A stretch of DNA of 64,000 nucleotides from Eubacteriales bacterium. GTDB lineage: Bacteria > Bacillota > Clostridia > Oscillospirales > CAG-272. The notes below the pieces were generated by a model. It saw only the letters and a program-made list of their open reading frames with translations, had not been told where the DNA came from and did no database searches. The stretch spans positions 92,638-156,637 of the forward strand of contig JAZSPB010000156.1 of NCBI GenBank assembly GCA_045537235.1. Direction: 5' to 3'. Both the position numbers and the translations under genes were made by a program. Positions 19,320 through 29,999 of this stretch are shown one piece after another. Position 1 is the stretch's first letter, and each line of letters starts with the position of its first letter.

Positions 19320-20051
19320 TTAGTCGCAATTTTCGCAGTTGTGATAAACTTCCATCACATCGTCATCGTCTTCGAATTTCTCAATCAGAAGATTCATAAA
19401 CTTGATATCTTCCTCATTATCAAGCGTGACGTAAGTCGAAGGGATCTTGGACTTTTCTGCCGAAAGAAGCGTATAGCCTGCTGCCTCCAGTGCTTCCTTC
19501 ACAGCGTAAAGGTCATCCGCAACGGTGTAGATCTCAAATGCACCTTCCTGTGCCATAAAGTCCTCGGCTCCTGCTTCCAGGGCTTGCTCCATCAGCTTAT
19601 CCTCATCGATATCGCCGTCCTCATTCTCAATAATGATAACGCCCTTCTCCTCAAACATAAAGCTGACGCAACCCGTCTGTCCCATGTTGCCGTGATACTT
19701 GGCAAAATAAGAACGAACATTGCCCGCCGTGCGGTTTCTGTTGTCAGTGGTTGTCTCTACGATGACCGCAACACCGCCGGGACCGTAACCCTCATAAACG
19801 ATCTCCTCGTAGGATTCTCCCGTGCCGCCCATGGACTTTTTGATAATTCTGTCGATGTTATCGTTGGGCACGTTATTAGCTTTTGCCTTCTGGATCAGAT
19901 CGCGAAGCTTGGAGTTGGAGTTGGGATCTCCGCCGCCCTCTTTAACGGCAATGGAAATCTCCTTACCGATCTTGGTAAATACCTTGGCGCGTTGTGCGTC
20001 AGTCTTTTCTTTCTTGTGCTTAATATTGGCCCACTTGCTATGTCCTGACAT
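19320..20051 (-). CDS. yebC: YebC/PmpR family DNA-binding transcriptional regulator
   Basis: MSGHSKWANIKHKK N-terminus and a 243-aa family-typical length. Confidence 0.93.
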   Translation of the reverse strand: MSGHSKWANIKHKKEKTDAQRAKVFTKIGKEISIAVKEGGGDPNSNSKLRDLIQKAKANNVPNDNIDRIIKKSMGGTGESYEEIVYEGYGPGGVAVIVETTTDNRNRTAGNVRSYFAKYHGNMGQTGCVSFMFEEKGVIIIENEDGDIDEDKLMEQALEAGAEDFMAQEGAFEIYTVADDLYAVKEALEAAGYTLLSAEKSKIPSTYVTLDNEEDIKFMNLLIEKFEDDDDVMEVYHNCENCD

Positions 20052-20078
20052 AATGATTTAACCTCTCGTTCCGTATTT

Positions 20079-21791
20079 TTATATTTTTTCTTCTTTTTTC
20101 AGACAGATCAGATCGAACGCATTTCCGAGAACGATCTTGGTGACAAGGGTGAGCAAGCAACGGGTGTTCTTGACCTCCTCGCTTTCCGCGTTCAAAATCT
20201 TACAGTTATGATAGAAACGGTTGAATGCCGCTGCCACATCGAGAATGTAGCGAGTGATCACTGAAGGCTCATAGTCGCGAATAGCCTCCAACACCTTCTC
20301 GGGGAATCTGGCAAGAACCTTGCAAAGCGCACTTTCTGCCTCGTCGGTAATTGTAATCGGCTTGTCTGCATCGGGCATACCGCTGCGAGAAAGGATCGAG
20401 CACGCACGCGCGTAAGTATACTGAACGTACGGACCGGTATTGCCTTCAAAGCTGAGCGCGTCCTCCAACACAAAGTTGATATCCTTCATGCGGTTGTTGG
20501 ACAAATAATAGAAAACGATCGCGCCCACACCGACAGACTCGGCGATCTCCTTCTTGTTTTCCAAATCGGGATTCTTCTGCTCCATGATCTCGCTGACCTT
20601 TTCAATGGCCATTGCCAAAAGGTCTTTCAAAAGAATCACGTTACCGGTTCTCGTCGCCAGCTTGGCACCGTTGAGACTCACCATTCCGTAAGGAACATGA
20701 ACCAGCTTGTCTGCCCAATCGTAGCCCATCAGTTCAACCACCTTGAACCACTGTTGGAAGTGCAAACACTGTGCTGCGGCGGTGACGTAAATAGCTTTTT
20801 CAAAATTATAGGTCTCTTTGCGATATACCGCAGCCGCAATATCACGGGTAGGATAAAGGGTGGAGCCGTCGCGTTTCAAAATCAAGCAAGGCGGCATCCC
20901 GTATTCTTCAAGAGAAACGATGGAGGCACCATCATCGATCTTGAGCAGCCCCGAATCACGAAGCTTTTGAACCTGCGCGGGCATCTTATCACTGTAAAAG
21001 CTCTCGCCCTTGTAGCTGTCAAATTCAACACCGAGAAGTCCGTAGGTTTTGTTATACTCTTTCAAGCTGACTTCAATAAACCACTTCCAAAGTGCCGTGT
21101 TTTCTTCGTCGCCCAGCTCCAACTTATGAAATTCAGCTCTTGCTTCATCCTCAAGTGCTTTGTTTGTTTCCGCCTCGCTGTGGAATTTCACATAAAGCTC
21201 AACCAGCTTGTCTACTCCGCCTGCCTCAACTTCATCGCGATCGCCCCACTTTTTATAAGCAACGATCATCTTACCGAACTGGGTTCCCCAGTCACCGAGA
21301 TAGTTAATACCTACGCAATGATAGCCCACAAACTCATGGAGCTTTTTGAGAGAATGACCAATCATAGTGCTTCCCAAATGTCCGATATGGAAGGGTTTAG
21401 CCACATTGGGAGAAGAATAGTCAAGCACTACCGTCTTGCCTTCACCGAAGGTGTGTGCACCGTATCGTTCTCCTTGTGCCAAAACATTCTTGACTACGGT
21501 TTCTCCAAAGTACGCATTGTTAAGATAAAAATTGAGATAGCCGTTGAGATTTTCCACGCGGTCAATACATTCGTCGGTGATTGCTTCCGCCAAAGCCGTG
21601 GCGATCTGGACGGGAGAGCGACGCATAGATTTGCTCAACTTAAAGCAAGGGAGAGCAAGATCTCCCATAGATGCATCGGGGGGATACTCGAGCATACCCG
21701 CAATATCCTCGGCAGAAAGACCGATCTGCGGATTCGCGGCAACCAGCTGTTCAGCAATCTTGGCCGAAAGCTTTTCCTTGATTTTTAACAT
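20079..21791 (-). CDS. argS: Arginine--tRNA ligase
   Basis: Class I HIGH motif (PFHIGHLGS), an Arg-tRNA synthetase core and a DALR anticodon-binding C-terminus. I moved the start to the ATG at 21791 (MLKIKEKL). The ORF-track start at 21911 would overlap the end of ybaK. Confidence 0.93.
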   Translation of the reverse strand: MLKIKEKLSAKIAEQLVAANPQIGLSAEDIAGMLEYPPDASMGDLALPCFKLSKSMRRSPVQIATALAEAITDECIDRVENLNGYLNFYLNNAYFGETVVKNVLAQGERYGAHTFGEGKTVVLDYSSPNVAKPFHIGHLGSTMIGHSLKKLHEFVGYHCVGINYLGDWGTQFGKMIVAYKKWGDRDEVEAGGVDKLVELYVKFHSEAETNKALEDEARAEFHKLELGDEENTALWKWFIEVSLKEYNKTYGLLGVEFDSYKGESFYSDKMPAQVQKLRDSGLLKIDDGASIVSLEEYGMPPCLILKRDGSTLYPTRDIAAAVYRKETYNFEKAIYVTAAAQCLHFQQWFKVVELMGYDWADKLVHVPYGMVSLNGAKLATRTGNVILLKDLLAMAIEKVSEIMEQKNPDLENKKEIAESVGVGAIVFYYLSNNRMKDINFVLEDALSFEGNTGPYVQYTYARACSILSRSGMPDADKPITITDEAESALCKVLARFPEKVLEAIRDYEPSVITRYILDVAAAFNRFYHNCKILNAESEEVKNTRCLLTLVTKIVLGNAFDLICLKKEEKI

Positions 21792-21885
21792 AAAATAAAT
21801 ATATTCCTTTCTGCAAACCTCGGTTTGCTTCCTTGTCAAAACATTTCTATTATACAACAATGTGAAAATTTTTTCAATAGGTAAA

Positions 21886-22353
21886 TCACACGATTTGGCA
21901 CAATTTAGCATCTACAAATTTGACCAGCTCGTCTACTCGCAAAAGCAGTTGTGCCCCCCTTACTCCCGCGCTCACCGTGATACGTTCAAAACTCGTCGCA
22001 CTCGCATCGATAAACGTGGGAAATTTCTTCTTCATTCCGATTGGTGAACAACCGCCTCGAATATAACCTGTGGTACCAAGCAGATCCTTGACATGAAGCA
22101 TCTCGATCTTTTTATTACCCGTGACCGCAGCTGCGTGCTTGAGGTCGATCTCCTTGTCTGTGGGAATACAAAATACCACAATTCCCGTTTTGTCTCCTTT
22201 GGCAACCAGTGTTTTAAAGACTTGCGCAAAAGGCAATCCGATCTGGGTGGCAATGTGAATGCCCGACAAGTCATTCTCATCCACCGTATATTCTTTTACT
22301 TCATAGGGTATCTTGACCGCATCGAGGCGGCGCATGGCATTGGTCTTGTTCAT
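21886..22353 (-). CDS. ybaK: Cys-tRNA(Pro)/Cys-tRNA(Cys) deacylase YbaK
   Basis: 155 aa, YbaK/EbsC family (MNKTNAMRRLD...GYIRGGCSPIG). Confidence 0.88.
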   Translation of the reverse strand: MNKTNAMRRLDAVKIPYEVKEYTVDENDLSGIHIATQIGLPFAQVFKTLVAKGDKTGIVVFCIPTDKEIDLKHAAAVTGNKKIEMLHVKDLLGTTGYIRGGCSPIGMKKKFPTFIDASATSFERITVSAGVRGAQLLLRVDELVKFVDAKLCQIV

Positions 22354-22354
22354 A

Positions 22355-24022
22355 TCAGTACTGTTTTCCGTCCTCTATCATTTCTACAGCAGCGCAAAGC
22401 TGGGAATCGGTGACCTCAATACCACCGAGGATGCGCGCCACTTCACGGACACGCCCTTCGCTGTCAAGCAAAGATATGTCGGTCTGTGTTCGTCCATCCA
22501 CGTCATGCTTGGCAATCAAAAAGTGACTGTCAGCAAGAGAGGCGATCTGCGCCGAGTGGGTTACGCAAATGACTTGGGTGCTCTTGGCGATCTGTTTGAG
22601 TTTGATTCCCACCTTTCGCGAGGTCTTGCCGGAAATCCCCGCATCCACCTCGTCAAACACAACAGTTCCCACGCCGTCCTTATCGGAAAGAACGCTTTTC
22701 AGTGCCAACATGATGCGGGAAAGTTCTCCTCCGGAAGCAATTTTTTCCAAAGGCATGGGCGGCTCACCCGTATTGGCCGATATCAAAAATTCGATCTCGT
22801 CATAACCATTGGATCGAAGCTTATCGGTCTTGGTGATGCGGATTTCAAACCGAACCTTCGGCATATCCAAAAAGGTCAGTGTTTGCATCACCTCTCGTAC
22901 TACAGCCTCGCAAGCCTTGCCTCGTTTTTGATGGATGGCATCTGCGATTCGCTCGGCTTCGGTGCGAACAATTTCATATTCTGCCAGAAGCGCCTCTCTT
23001 TTTTCGTCGGCGTTTTCGATATCGTCCAACTGTGCTTCGGCCTGTGCTTTAAATTCCAGAATTTCTTGTATTGTCGAGCCATATTTGCGTTTGAGCTTAG
23101 TTATCGTATTCAATCGACTTTCGATGCGATTAAGCTTTTCCGTGGGATTCTCATCTACTTCCGCAAAGTCGCGTACTCGCTCGGCAATATCCTCGATCTC
23201 ATAGCGGTAATCGGACAGTTTCTCGGAAAACTCGGTCGCCTCGGGAAGCGCATCGGAAATCTTGGAAAGCGCCGCACAAACACGATCCAGCAACGAAACG
23301 ACTCCTTTTTCGCTACCGTAAAGCATTCGGTAAGAAAGATTCGCCGTATCGGTGATCTTTTCGATACTGCCCAACCGTTTTCTCTCGGCCTCCAAAATAT
23401 CCTCTTCGTCTTCCGAGCGGAGCTTTGCTTTCCCAATCTCGTCCAACTGGAATTTCAACATATCCCTCATACGGATCTTTTGCGCTTCGTCAGCCTCCAG
23501 TGCATCCAATTTTTCGCGGATATCTGACAATCTGCGGTATTGCTCGCCGTAATCGGACAGCAATCCATCATTGCCCGCAAAAGAGTCCAATATTTCGATC
23601 TGGGAGGAACGTTGCATTAAGCGTTGGTTATCATGCTGACCGTGAATGTTGATCAGCAATCGACACAATTCCCTTTGCAGAGTCTGCGTCACGGTTCTGC
23701 CATTAAGCTTGACCATGCTTTTTCCGTCGCGGGATAAAATTCGAGACAGCATAACAGAGCCGTCAAAATCTATGCCATAGCTTTCCAACAGTTCCCCGAC
23801 CGCTTCGCCGCAATCGGTAAAAACGGCACTTACCGTAGCTTTGTCCTCTCCGGTTCGGATCAGATCTCGCGACACGCGATTGCCCGACAGTAAATTAATG
23901 CTGTCGATGATGATCGATTTTCCCGCGCCTGTCTCTCCGCTCAATACCAAAAATCCATCGCCAAGATCCATATCCAAGGATTTGATCACCGCGGCATTTT
24001 CTATATGCAAAGATTGAAGCAT
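22355..24022 (-). CDS. recN: DNA repair protein RecN
   Basis: 555 aa SMC-like protein: N-terminal Walker A (GETGAGKS), long coiled coil, and C-terminal signature and Walker B (SGGELSR...VVFDEVD). Confidence 0.96.
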   Translation of the reverse strand: MLQSLHIENAAVIKSLDMDLGDGFLVLSGETGAGKSIIIDSINLLSGNRVSRDLIRTGEDKATVSAVFTDCGEAVGELLESYGIDFDGSVMLSRILSRDGKSMVKLNGRTVTQTLQRELCRLLINIHGQHDNQRLMQRSSQIEILDSFAGNDGLLSDYGEQYRRLSDIREKLDALEADEAQKIRMRDMLKFQLDEIGKAKLRSEDEEDILEAERKRLGSIEKITDTANLSYRMLYGSEKGVVSLLDRVCAALSKISDALPEATEFSEKLSDYRYEIEDIAERVRDFAEVDENPTEKLNRIESRLNTITKLKRKYGSTIQEILEFKAQAEAQLDDIENADEKREALLAEYEIVRTEAERIADAIHQKRGKACEAVVREVMQTLTFLDMPKVRFEIRITKTDKLRSNGYDEIEFLISANTGEPPMPLEKIASGGELSRIMLALKSVLSDKDGVGTVVFDEVDAGISGKTSRKVGIKLKQIAKSTQVICVTHSAQIASLADSHFLIAKHDVDGRTQTDISLLDSEGRVREVARILGGIEVTDSQLCAAVEMIEDGKQY

Positions 24023-24078
24023 CTCGTACCTCCTTTCCGATTTATCAAATCTTTTAATTTAACTTTTCAACTTTTAAT

Positions 24079-24537
24079 TTAGTGAGAAGAATTCACATGA
24101 GCCAAAAAACGTATCGTGAGTCTTTCGGCGGTCTCCGCATCGTGGGTCACCGCAAAAATAGTATCATCCCCCGCCACGCATCCGAGGATCTCGGGGATGT
24201 GCATACTGTCGATCCCGGCCGCCACTGCTTGTGCGAGCCCCGGATGGGTCTTGATCACCACAATATTCCCACCGGAGGTAACACCGACAACAGAGGCCAT
24301 ATAAGTATTTCGCAGATCCTTCTTGCCAAAATCCGCCGTGGCTTTGGGAAGCACATAGTGATATTTACCGCCCTCACCGAGAATTTTGGAGATCTTCAAT
24401 TCGCGAATATCTCTGGAAATGGTAGCTTGGGTCACCGAGTATCCTTCCTCTACCAGCTTTTCGATCAACTCATCCTGGGTTTCGATAATGTGTTCGGTAA
24501 TCAGACTAACAATTCTGTCTTGTCTTTTGGATTTCAT
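24079..24537 (-). CDS. argR: Arginine repressor ArgR/AhrC
   Basis: MKSKRQDRIVSLITEHIIETQDELIEKLVEEGYSVTQATISRDIRELK matches the AhrC N-terminus in register. The C-terminal oligomerisation domain has GDDT. The second ATG was chosen by length match to AhrC. Confidence 0.9.
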   Translation of the reverse strand: MKSKRQDRIVSLITEHIIETQDELIEKLVEEGYSVTQATISRDIRELKISKILGEGGKYHYVLPKATADFGKKDLRNTYMASVVGVTSGGNIVVIKTHPGLAQAVAAGIDSMHIPEILGCVAGDDTIFAVTHDAETAERLTIRFLAHVNSSH

Positions 24538-24557
24538 TTGTTTTCCATCCCTTCTCA

Positions 24558-25424
24558 TTAAAGCGTTTTGTGGCGAAGTTTATCATAAAAGCTACGATCC
24601 TTCACACGGATGATCGATGCGGTAAGATCGGATCTCGTGAGCCTTACAACATCGTTTCGCGTAAGCTCGTAATTCAGCTTTCCGTCCAATGTCAAATACA
24701 AAACCTTTTCCCGCCTACAGATATGCTTGACCTCCAGCACCGTATCATCGGGAAAAAGAATGGGGCGCGCAGACAGCATATGCGGACAAACAGGCGTAAC
24801 GCAAAAGCAGGAGATTCGAGGATCTGCCACGGGACCGCCCGCCGACATAGAATAAGCGGTGGAGCCTGTCGGCGTGGAAATGATCAAACCGTCGGCACGG
24901 TAATTGTTAATAAATGTACCGCCTTCACTGAGCTGAAGGTCGATAATGCGGGAAACAAAGCCATTGGAAATAACCGCATCGTTAAGTGCATAGCCGGCCT
25001 GCTTGATCTTTTGTCCGCCTGCACTTATGATCTCAGCATTGAGCATGGTGCGATTATCCAATCGGTATTTTCCTTCCATGACGGTATCAAGAAGATGCAA
25101 CTCATTCATTTCCAGTTCTGCCAAATATCCCACACGTCCGAGGTTGATCCCCAAAACCGGTGTGCCTCTCAAAGCGGCTCTTCTGGCCGACTCCATAATG
25201 GTACCGTCGCCCCCGAGAACAATGATCATATCGGCCGAAAGATATATATTTTGCGCCGATTCAAATTGAATGTACGGTCTTTGCTTATGCATCCGCTCGA
25301 TCCGTTCCCGATAGTTGGATGGGATCAACAGCTTCGCTCCGTGACCGATCAATCGCTCGGCAACAGTCATTGCGGCAGTCGCTTTTTCGCTAATATTATA
25401 ATTGGTAATCAATGCAATGTTCAA
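24558..25424 (-). CDS. nadK: NAD(+) kinase
   Basis: GGDGT motif (VLGGDGTIM), and NDAVI and TPTGSTAYS motifs. Confidence 0.95.
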   Translation of the reverse strand: MNIALITNYNISEKATAAMTVAERLIGHGAKLLIPSNYRERIERMHKQRPYIQFESAQNIYLSADMIIVLGGDGTIMESARRAALRGTPVLGINLGRVGYLAELEMNELHLLDTVMEGKYRLDNRTMLNAEIISAGGQKIKQAGYALNDAVISNGFVSRIIDLQLSEGGTFINNYRADGLIISTPTGSTAYSMSAGGPVADPRISCFCVTPVCPHMLSARPILFPDDTVLEVKHICRREKVLYLTLDGKLNYELTRNDVVRLTRSDLTASIIRVKDRSFYDKLRHKTL

Positions 25425-26203
25425 ATTCGTCCCTCCGCAATCTCTCTCATCTGTAAATTATCCACTGTGGTCGGCGCGCCCTTACGAAAGGCCGCCAAAA
25501 ATTCAATATTTCCATCGCCCCCCGTAATCGGTGAACGGGTAATTGCAAAGCAACCCAAACCGTGCTCTGCGGCACAAATCATGACACCTCGCACCGCATT
25601 CCATCGGTCACCTGCGTGCTTGACAATGCCCTTTTTTCCAACCGCACTTCGTCCCACCTCAAATTGCGGTTTGATCAACGTGACAACAACCGTTCCGTCC
25701 CTCATAACCGAGGAAAGCGCAGGCAAGATCAAGGTCTGCGAAATAAATGACACATCCATGACTGCAATATCGGGTGAAAAGGAAAAATCCTCTGCTTTCA
25801 TATAACGTGCATTGTATTTCTCAATACAGAAAACCCGTGTATCCTCGCGCAAAGAAACATCCAACTGATTTTCCCCCGAATCCACGGCGATCACTCTCGA
25901 CGCACCGCGCTTTAGCAAGCAATCGGTAAAACCGCCTGTAGAGGCTCCCACGTCCAACGCGGTAAGTCCGCTTACCGAGATACCGAACACATCCAACGCG
26001 TGTTCCAGTTTAAGACCGCCGCGACTGACAAACGGAAGCTGATATAAGAGCTCTACTTGATTCTCTGCCTTCTCATCAACCGATTCCGAGGACTTTTGAA
26101 CGACCCGTCCGTTGATAACGACATGACCCGAATCAATCAATTCTTTCGCTTGAGAGCGGCTTTTGGCATAACCGCGCTCCGCTAAAAAGACATCACACCG
26201 CAT
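25421..26203 (-). CDS. tlyA: TlyA family rRNA 2'-O-ribose methyltransferase
   Basis: S4-like N-terminus (RCDVFLAERGYAKSRSQAKELI) plus an FtsJ-type SAM fold (LDVGASTGGFTDCLL). Confidence 0.9.
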   Translation of the reverse strand: MRCDVFLAERGYAKSRSQAKELIDSGHVVINGRVVQKSSESVDEKAENQVELLYQLPFVSRGGLKLEHALDVFGISVSGLTALDVGASTGGFTDCLLKRGASRVIAVDSGENQLDVSLREDTRVFCIEKYNARYMKAEDFSFSPDIAVMDVSFISQTLILPALSSVMRDGTVVVTLIKPQFEVGRSAVGKKGIVKHAGDRWNAVRGVMICAAEHGLGCFAITRSPITGGDGNIEFLAAFRKGAPTTVDNLQMREIAEGRI

Positions 26204-26207
26204 GATA

Positions 26208-26669
26208 TCACCGCATCAGCAAGCCAACCGTCAGACCGACGATCGCCCCCAAGACACCGCCGACAAAAACCTGAAATGGGGTATGCCCGATCAGCGTTTT
26301 AAGATTCTGGTTGAAATCCGTTGCTTTGCCGGAAAAAATTTCTTTGACCAACTCATTAATAATAGTAGCCTGTTTTCCTGTTTCGTAACGAACTCCCGTC
26401 GCATCGCGCATAACGATAATGGCAAGCAACAGCGAAGCCGCGATCTCAAAGCCGGCAAAGCCGTATCGGATCGCACTGGATACCAACAGCGACACAACAG
26501 TTGCCGAATGAGAGCTTGGCATTCCGCCCGTTCCACTCAACAGCTTGACCAAGCTGAATTTCCTTTCACTGAAATATCCCGTGAAAATTTTAAAAATCTG
26601 TGCCAAGAGCCATGCAATGATGACACTGATCAAACAAGAATTGCTCGCAAGAGCGGAAAAACTGTACAT
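26208..26669 (-). CDS. Divergent PAP2 family membrane protein (DUF212-like)
   Basis: 153 aa membrane protein with a GGMPSSHSA motif. Confidence 0.75.
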   Translation of the reverse strand: MYSFSALASNSCLISVIIAWLLAQIFKIFTGYFSERKFSLVKLLSGTGGMPSSHSATVVSLLVSSAIRYGFAGFEIAASLLLAIIVMRDATGVRYETGKQATIINELVKEIFSGKATDFNQNLKTLIGHTPFQVFVGGVLGAIVGLTVGLLMR

Positions 26670-26689
26670 TCCCGAATCGATTTCCCTTC

Positions 26690-27592
26690 TTAATGAGTTC
26701 TTTGTAACAAATAATACGCAAGTGCCTCAAGCTCTCCACCACCATCATACCGCGTTATGGCATTTACTGCCTCTTCGGTAAGTTTTTGTGCATACGCCTT
26801 GGCCTGTTCTACCGTGTAAAAGTTTGTAAACGTCAATTTATTGGCCGCCTTATCGACTCCAACATTTTTTCCAAGCAGTTTAGCATCGCCTACCACATCC
26901 AGCACGTCGTCAACGATCTGAAAGGCAAGACCGATCTTTTCCGCATAGCAGTCAGCCGCAAGAGCTTCCTCACTGTCAACGGCTTTTCCGGCGGCAATGC
27001 ACCCCAACTTGGCAGATGCGCGGATCAATGCACCGGTCTTCATTCCGTGCATTTTGATCAAATATTCAAGGTCACAAGCCTTGGCAGTCTCTGCCGCCAT
27101 ATCCATGGTTTGCCCCCCAATCATACCGCGATCGCCCGCCGAAAGCGCGACAAGCGCCACCGCCTGCATCTTGGCCTCATTCGTCAGAAAAGGAGCCGAT
27201 GCAATCACCTCGAAAGCCTTGGTCAGAAGTGCATCACCCGCAAGAACCGCCGTAGCCTCACCGTAGACCTTGTGATTGGTCAACTTTCCACGCCGATAAT
27301 CGTCATTATCCATGCAAGGAAGATCGTCATGGATCAAAGAGTAGGTATGGATCATCTCAATAGCACACGCGAGAGGGAGGGCGGCTTGCTCTTTTCCGCC
27401 GAACATACGGCAAAAAGCAAGAACCAAATAAGGACGAATGCGCTTTCCTCCACCAAGGAGACTGTATTTCTGAGCATCAAAAATTGTGGCAAGCGTCGGA
27501 TCGTCGCCGTCAAAATATGACATCAGTTCCTTTTCTGTCATTTCAGCGCCAAAAGAAAGCGCTTTGTTTGTGTCAAAATTCACATTCATCAT
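26690..27592 (-). CDS. ispA: Polyprenyl (farnesyl/geranylgeranyl) diphosphate synthase
   Basis: First and second aspartate-rich motifs (LIHDDLPCMDNDDYRRG and FQIVDDVLD). Confidence 0.92.
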   Translation of the reverse strand: MMNVNFDTNKALSFGAEMTEKELMSYFDGDDPTLATIFDAQKYSLLGGGKRIRPYLVLAFCRMFGGKEQAALPLACAIEMIHTYSLIHDDLPCMDNDDYRRGKLTNHKVYGEATAVLAGDALLTKAFEVIASAPFLTNEAKMQAVALVALSAGDRGMIGGQTMDMAAETAKACDLEYLIKMHGMKTGALIRASAKLGCIAAGKAVDSEEALAADCYAEKIGLAFQIVDDVLDVVGDAKLLGKNVGVDKAANKLTFTNFYTVEQAKAYAQKLTEEAVNAITRYDGGGELEALAYYLLQRTH

Positions 27593-27813
27593 TCGTTCTC
27601 CGACTCCTCAACAACCCCATCAGCTGTCAAATTCAAAAACTTGATCTTTTTCTCCGCATCGTCCAACTTTAACGAACAGGTGCGCACCAAAGCAATTCCC
27701 TCTTCATATAACTTCAGGGATTCCTCCAAAGTGGCAGAACCGTTTTCCAAGGTTCGTACGATCTCCTCCAACCGCATCATGGACGCCTCAAAGCTTTTGG
27801 TTGTTTTCGCCAT
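27589..27813 (-). CDS. xseB: Exodeoxyribonuclease VII small subunit
   Basis: 74 aa with FEASMMRLEEIVRTLENG..LEESLKLYEEG. It overlaps xseA and ispA in operon fashion. Confidence 0.93.
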   Translation of the reverse strand: MAKTTKSFEASMMRLEEIVRTLENGSATLEESLKLYEEGIALVRTCSLKLDDAEKKIKFLNLTADGVVEESENE

Positions 27814-29035
27814 GTTTTCTTCTCTCCTTGCTAATGGATTTTACAGTCGCATTTAACTTGCCGTCGCCAAGGCGAACGGTTATCTCTTCCTCGCGCTTAA
27901 CTTGCGAGACACTTTTTACGGCATTTCCTTCCGAATCGGTCGTTACACTGTATCCGCGAGCCAACACAGACAGCGGATTGAGCGACTCCATGCGCGCGGC
28001 AACGGATGAAAGCTCCGAGGCTCGAAGCCGTGTAATATTGTTTATATTGGTATCCATCTGCCGAGCCAAGTACAAAAGACTCATGCGCTTATCTCCCAAA
28101 ATGGGTGCAGCGCTTGACAAAACGCCCGACTCTCGCAGATACTTAAGATTGTTCTTTCCATTTTGAATTCTTTGCAAGACCGTTCTTCCCATCTTGCTCG
28201 CCACAGCATCCAAAGATCGCATCAGCTCACTGCGATCAGGAACGGCCAGTTCCGCAGCTGCCGACGGTGTCGGTGCTCGCCGGTCTGCCACAAGATCACA
28301 AATCGTAAAATCACTTTCGTGACCGACCGCAGAGATCACGGGAATTTCAGACTCGGCAATGCACCTTGCCAATCGCTCGTCGTTAAATGCCCAAAGATCC
28401 TCTGCCGAGCCACCGCCTCGACCGATGATGATCACATCTGCCGAACGGCTCTCATTGAAATAACGAACGCCCTTCATCAACTGCGGAGGTGCTTCGGCTC
28501 CCTGCACTTGCGCGGGATACAGAACGATCTCGGCACACGGAAATCTTCTGCCGAGAATATTCAGCATATCCTGTATGGCAGCGCCCGTAGGAGAGGTCAC
28601 GATACCGATACGCTCGGGATACCGCGGCAAGGGCTTTTTTCGCGATTCATCAAACAGCCCTTCTTCCCCCAGTTTCCATTTTAACTGCTCAAAAGCAAGA
28701 TACAGAGAGCCGATGCCGTCCGGTATGATCTCATCTGCATAGATCTGATACTGGCCGTCACGCACAAAAGCAGAGACCCTTCCGTGGATCAACACCTTCA
28801 TGCCGTCTTGAGGATCAAACGGTACATTTTGCGCATAGGAACGAAACATCACTGCACGAACGATTGCGCTGTCATCCTTGACCGAAAAATAAAAATGTCC
28901 CGTGCTGTAGTGATTTTTAAAGTTGGAGATCTCTCCCTTGATCCAAACACTTTTGAGGATCGGGTTGGAATCCATCAACATTTTAACATATTCGTTTAGC
29001 TGTGAAACCGTGAGAAATCTGATTTTGGATTCCAT
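27788..29035 (-). CDS. xseA: Exodeoxyribonuclease VII large subunit
   Basis: 415 aa with an OB-fold N-terminus (VWIKGEISNFK...SGHFYFSVKD) and the catalytic region RGGGS.EDLW.FN. Confidence 0.95.
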   Translation of the reverse strand: MESKIRFLTVSQLNEYVKMLMDSNPILKSVWIKGEISNFKNHYSTGHFYFSVKDDSAIVRAVMFRSYAQNVPFDPQDGMKVLIHGRVSAFVRDGQYQIYADEIIPDGIGSLYLAFEQLKWKLGEEGLFDESRKKPLPRYPERIGIVTSPTGAAIQDMLNILGRRFPCAEIVLYPAQVQGAEAPPQLMKGVRYFNESRSADVIIIGRGGGSAEDLWAFNDERLARCIAESEIPVISAVGHESDFTICDLVADRRAPTPSAAAELAVPDRSELMRSLDAVASKMGRTVLQRIQNGKNNLKYLRESGVLSSAAPILGDKRMSLLYLARQMDTNINNITRLRASELSSVAARMESLNPLSVLARGYSVTTDSEGNAVKSVSQVKREEEITVRLGDGKLNATVKSISKERRKHGENNQKL

Positions 29036-29051
29036 GAGAGCTTCTCCTTTC

Positions 29052-29999
29052 TTATTTCATATGTTGTCTCCGAGCCAGCAAAGCAACACCCGCCGCGTTG
29101 TCAGCCGAGAACTGAGGTTCGGCAAAATAAGTGTTGTCCCCCGTCAAACGCTTTTGGAGAATGGAACAACTCATCACACCGCCACTGTAGACCACAGGGA
29201 GTTCGGGATACAAAGTTCGAACGTCTTTGGTGATCTGCGCCAAGGTCTCGGAAATAAAATCCAACACATACTTTGCCGTCACCGCACGGTCTTCGGTTTC
29301 GGCAAACAGCTTGATCGCCTTATTTTCCAGTCCGGAAAGATTACATTTGCCATCTCTGACACTCACCTTAATCCCGCGCGTCTTTTTTTCGCCCACAGTC
29401 AGCGCAAGACGTTCCATTTCGGGACCGCACGGAAAAGCAAGCCCCATTGCAACACCTACACGATCAATGGCTTGTCCCGCATTCATATCCATGGTTCCGC
29501 CGATCAATTCGCAACGGAAATCGCCCTCAAAAGGTCTGACAAGCACCACTTCTGTGGTTCCGCCCGACACATGGAAGGCGATAAAGTCGTCATCCAAAAC
29601 CGCCGTCGGCGCACCGCTTGAATAGAGCGCCGCCATGATATGTCCGTTTTGATGGGAAAACTCATAGACGGGAATCCCCATAGCCGCTCCCAACGCAAAA
29701 GCCGAAGCTTTCCCCGTCAAAAAGCACGGCATATACGATCCTTCCACCGTGCGAGGACAAACCGAAACACCAACCGCCACGGGACAGTATTCCAAAAACA
29801 AAGCCCTCGCCTTTTCATAAAGAATCGGTAAATTTCTTGTATGATGAAACACCGCGTCACTTTGTCTCAAACCTCTTTCGCCCTCCTTGACAGGCAATGG
29901 ACATTTGAGGTTGGCAATAACGCGACCGTCCTCACTGCAAAAGGCAAGAGAGGTAGTATAATTACTGGTGTCGATTCCCAAAAAGCAAGGCTTACGCAT
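29052..29999 (-). CDS. Kae1/TsaD-like (glycoprotease/peptidase M22 family) protein
   Basis: ASKHA-fold N-terminus GIDTSNYTTS, an HxxxH metal motif (HQNGH) and a GGV C-terminal motif. Whether it is the true TsaD orthologue or a paralogue cannot be decided here. Confidence 0.7.
   Translation of the reverse strand: MRKPCFLGIDTSNYTTSLAFCSEDGRVIANLKCPLPVKEGERGLRQSDAVFHHTRNLPILYEKARALFLEYCPVAVGVSVCPRTVEGSYMPCFLTGKASAFALGAAMGIPVYEFSHQNGHIMAALYSSGAPTAVLDDDFIAFHVSGGTTEVVLVRPFEGDFRCELIGGTMDMNAGQAIDRVGVAMGLAFPCGPEMERLALTVGEKKTRGIKVSVRDGKCNLSGLENKAIKLFAETEDRAVTAKYVLDFISETLAQITKDVRTLYPELPVVYSGGVMSCSILQKRLTGDNTYFAEPQFSADNAAGVALLARRQHMK

Noticed and set aside
21792-21911. Possible T-box leader upstream of argS.
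   Set aside because: Only about 95 nt separate the preferred argS start from the ybaK stop. That is too short for a T-box (typically over 200 nt), and I saw no specifier or T-box sequence.
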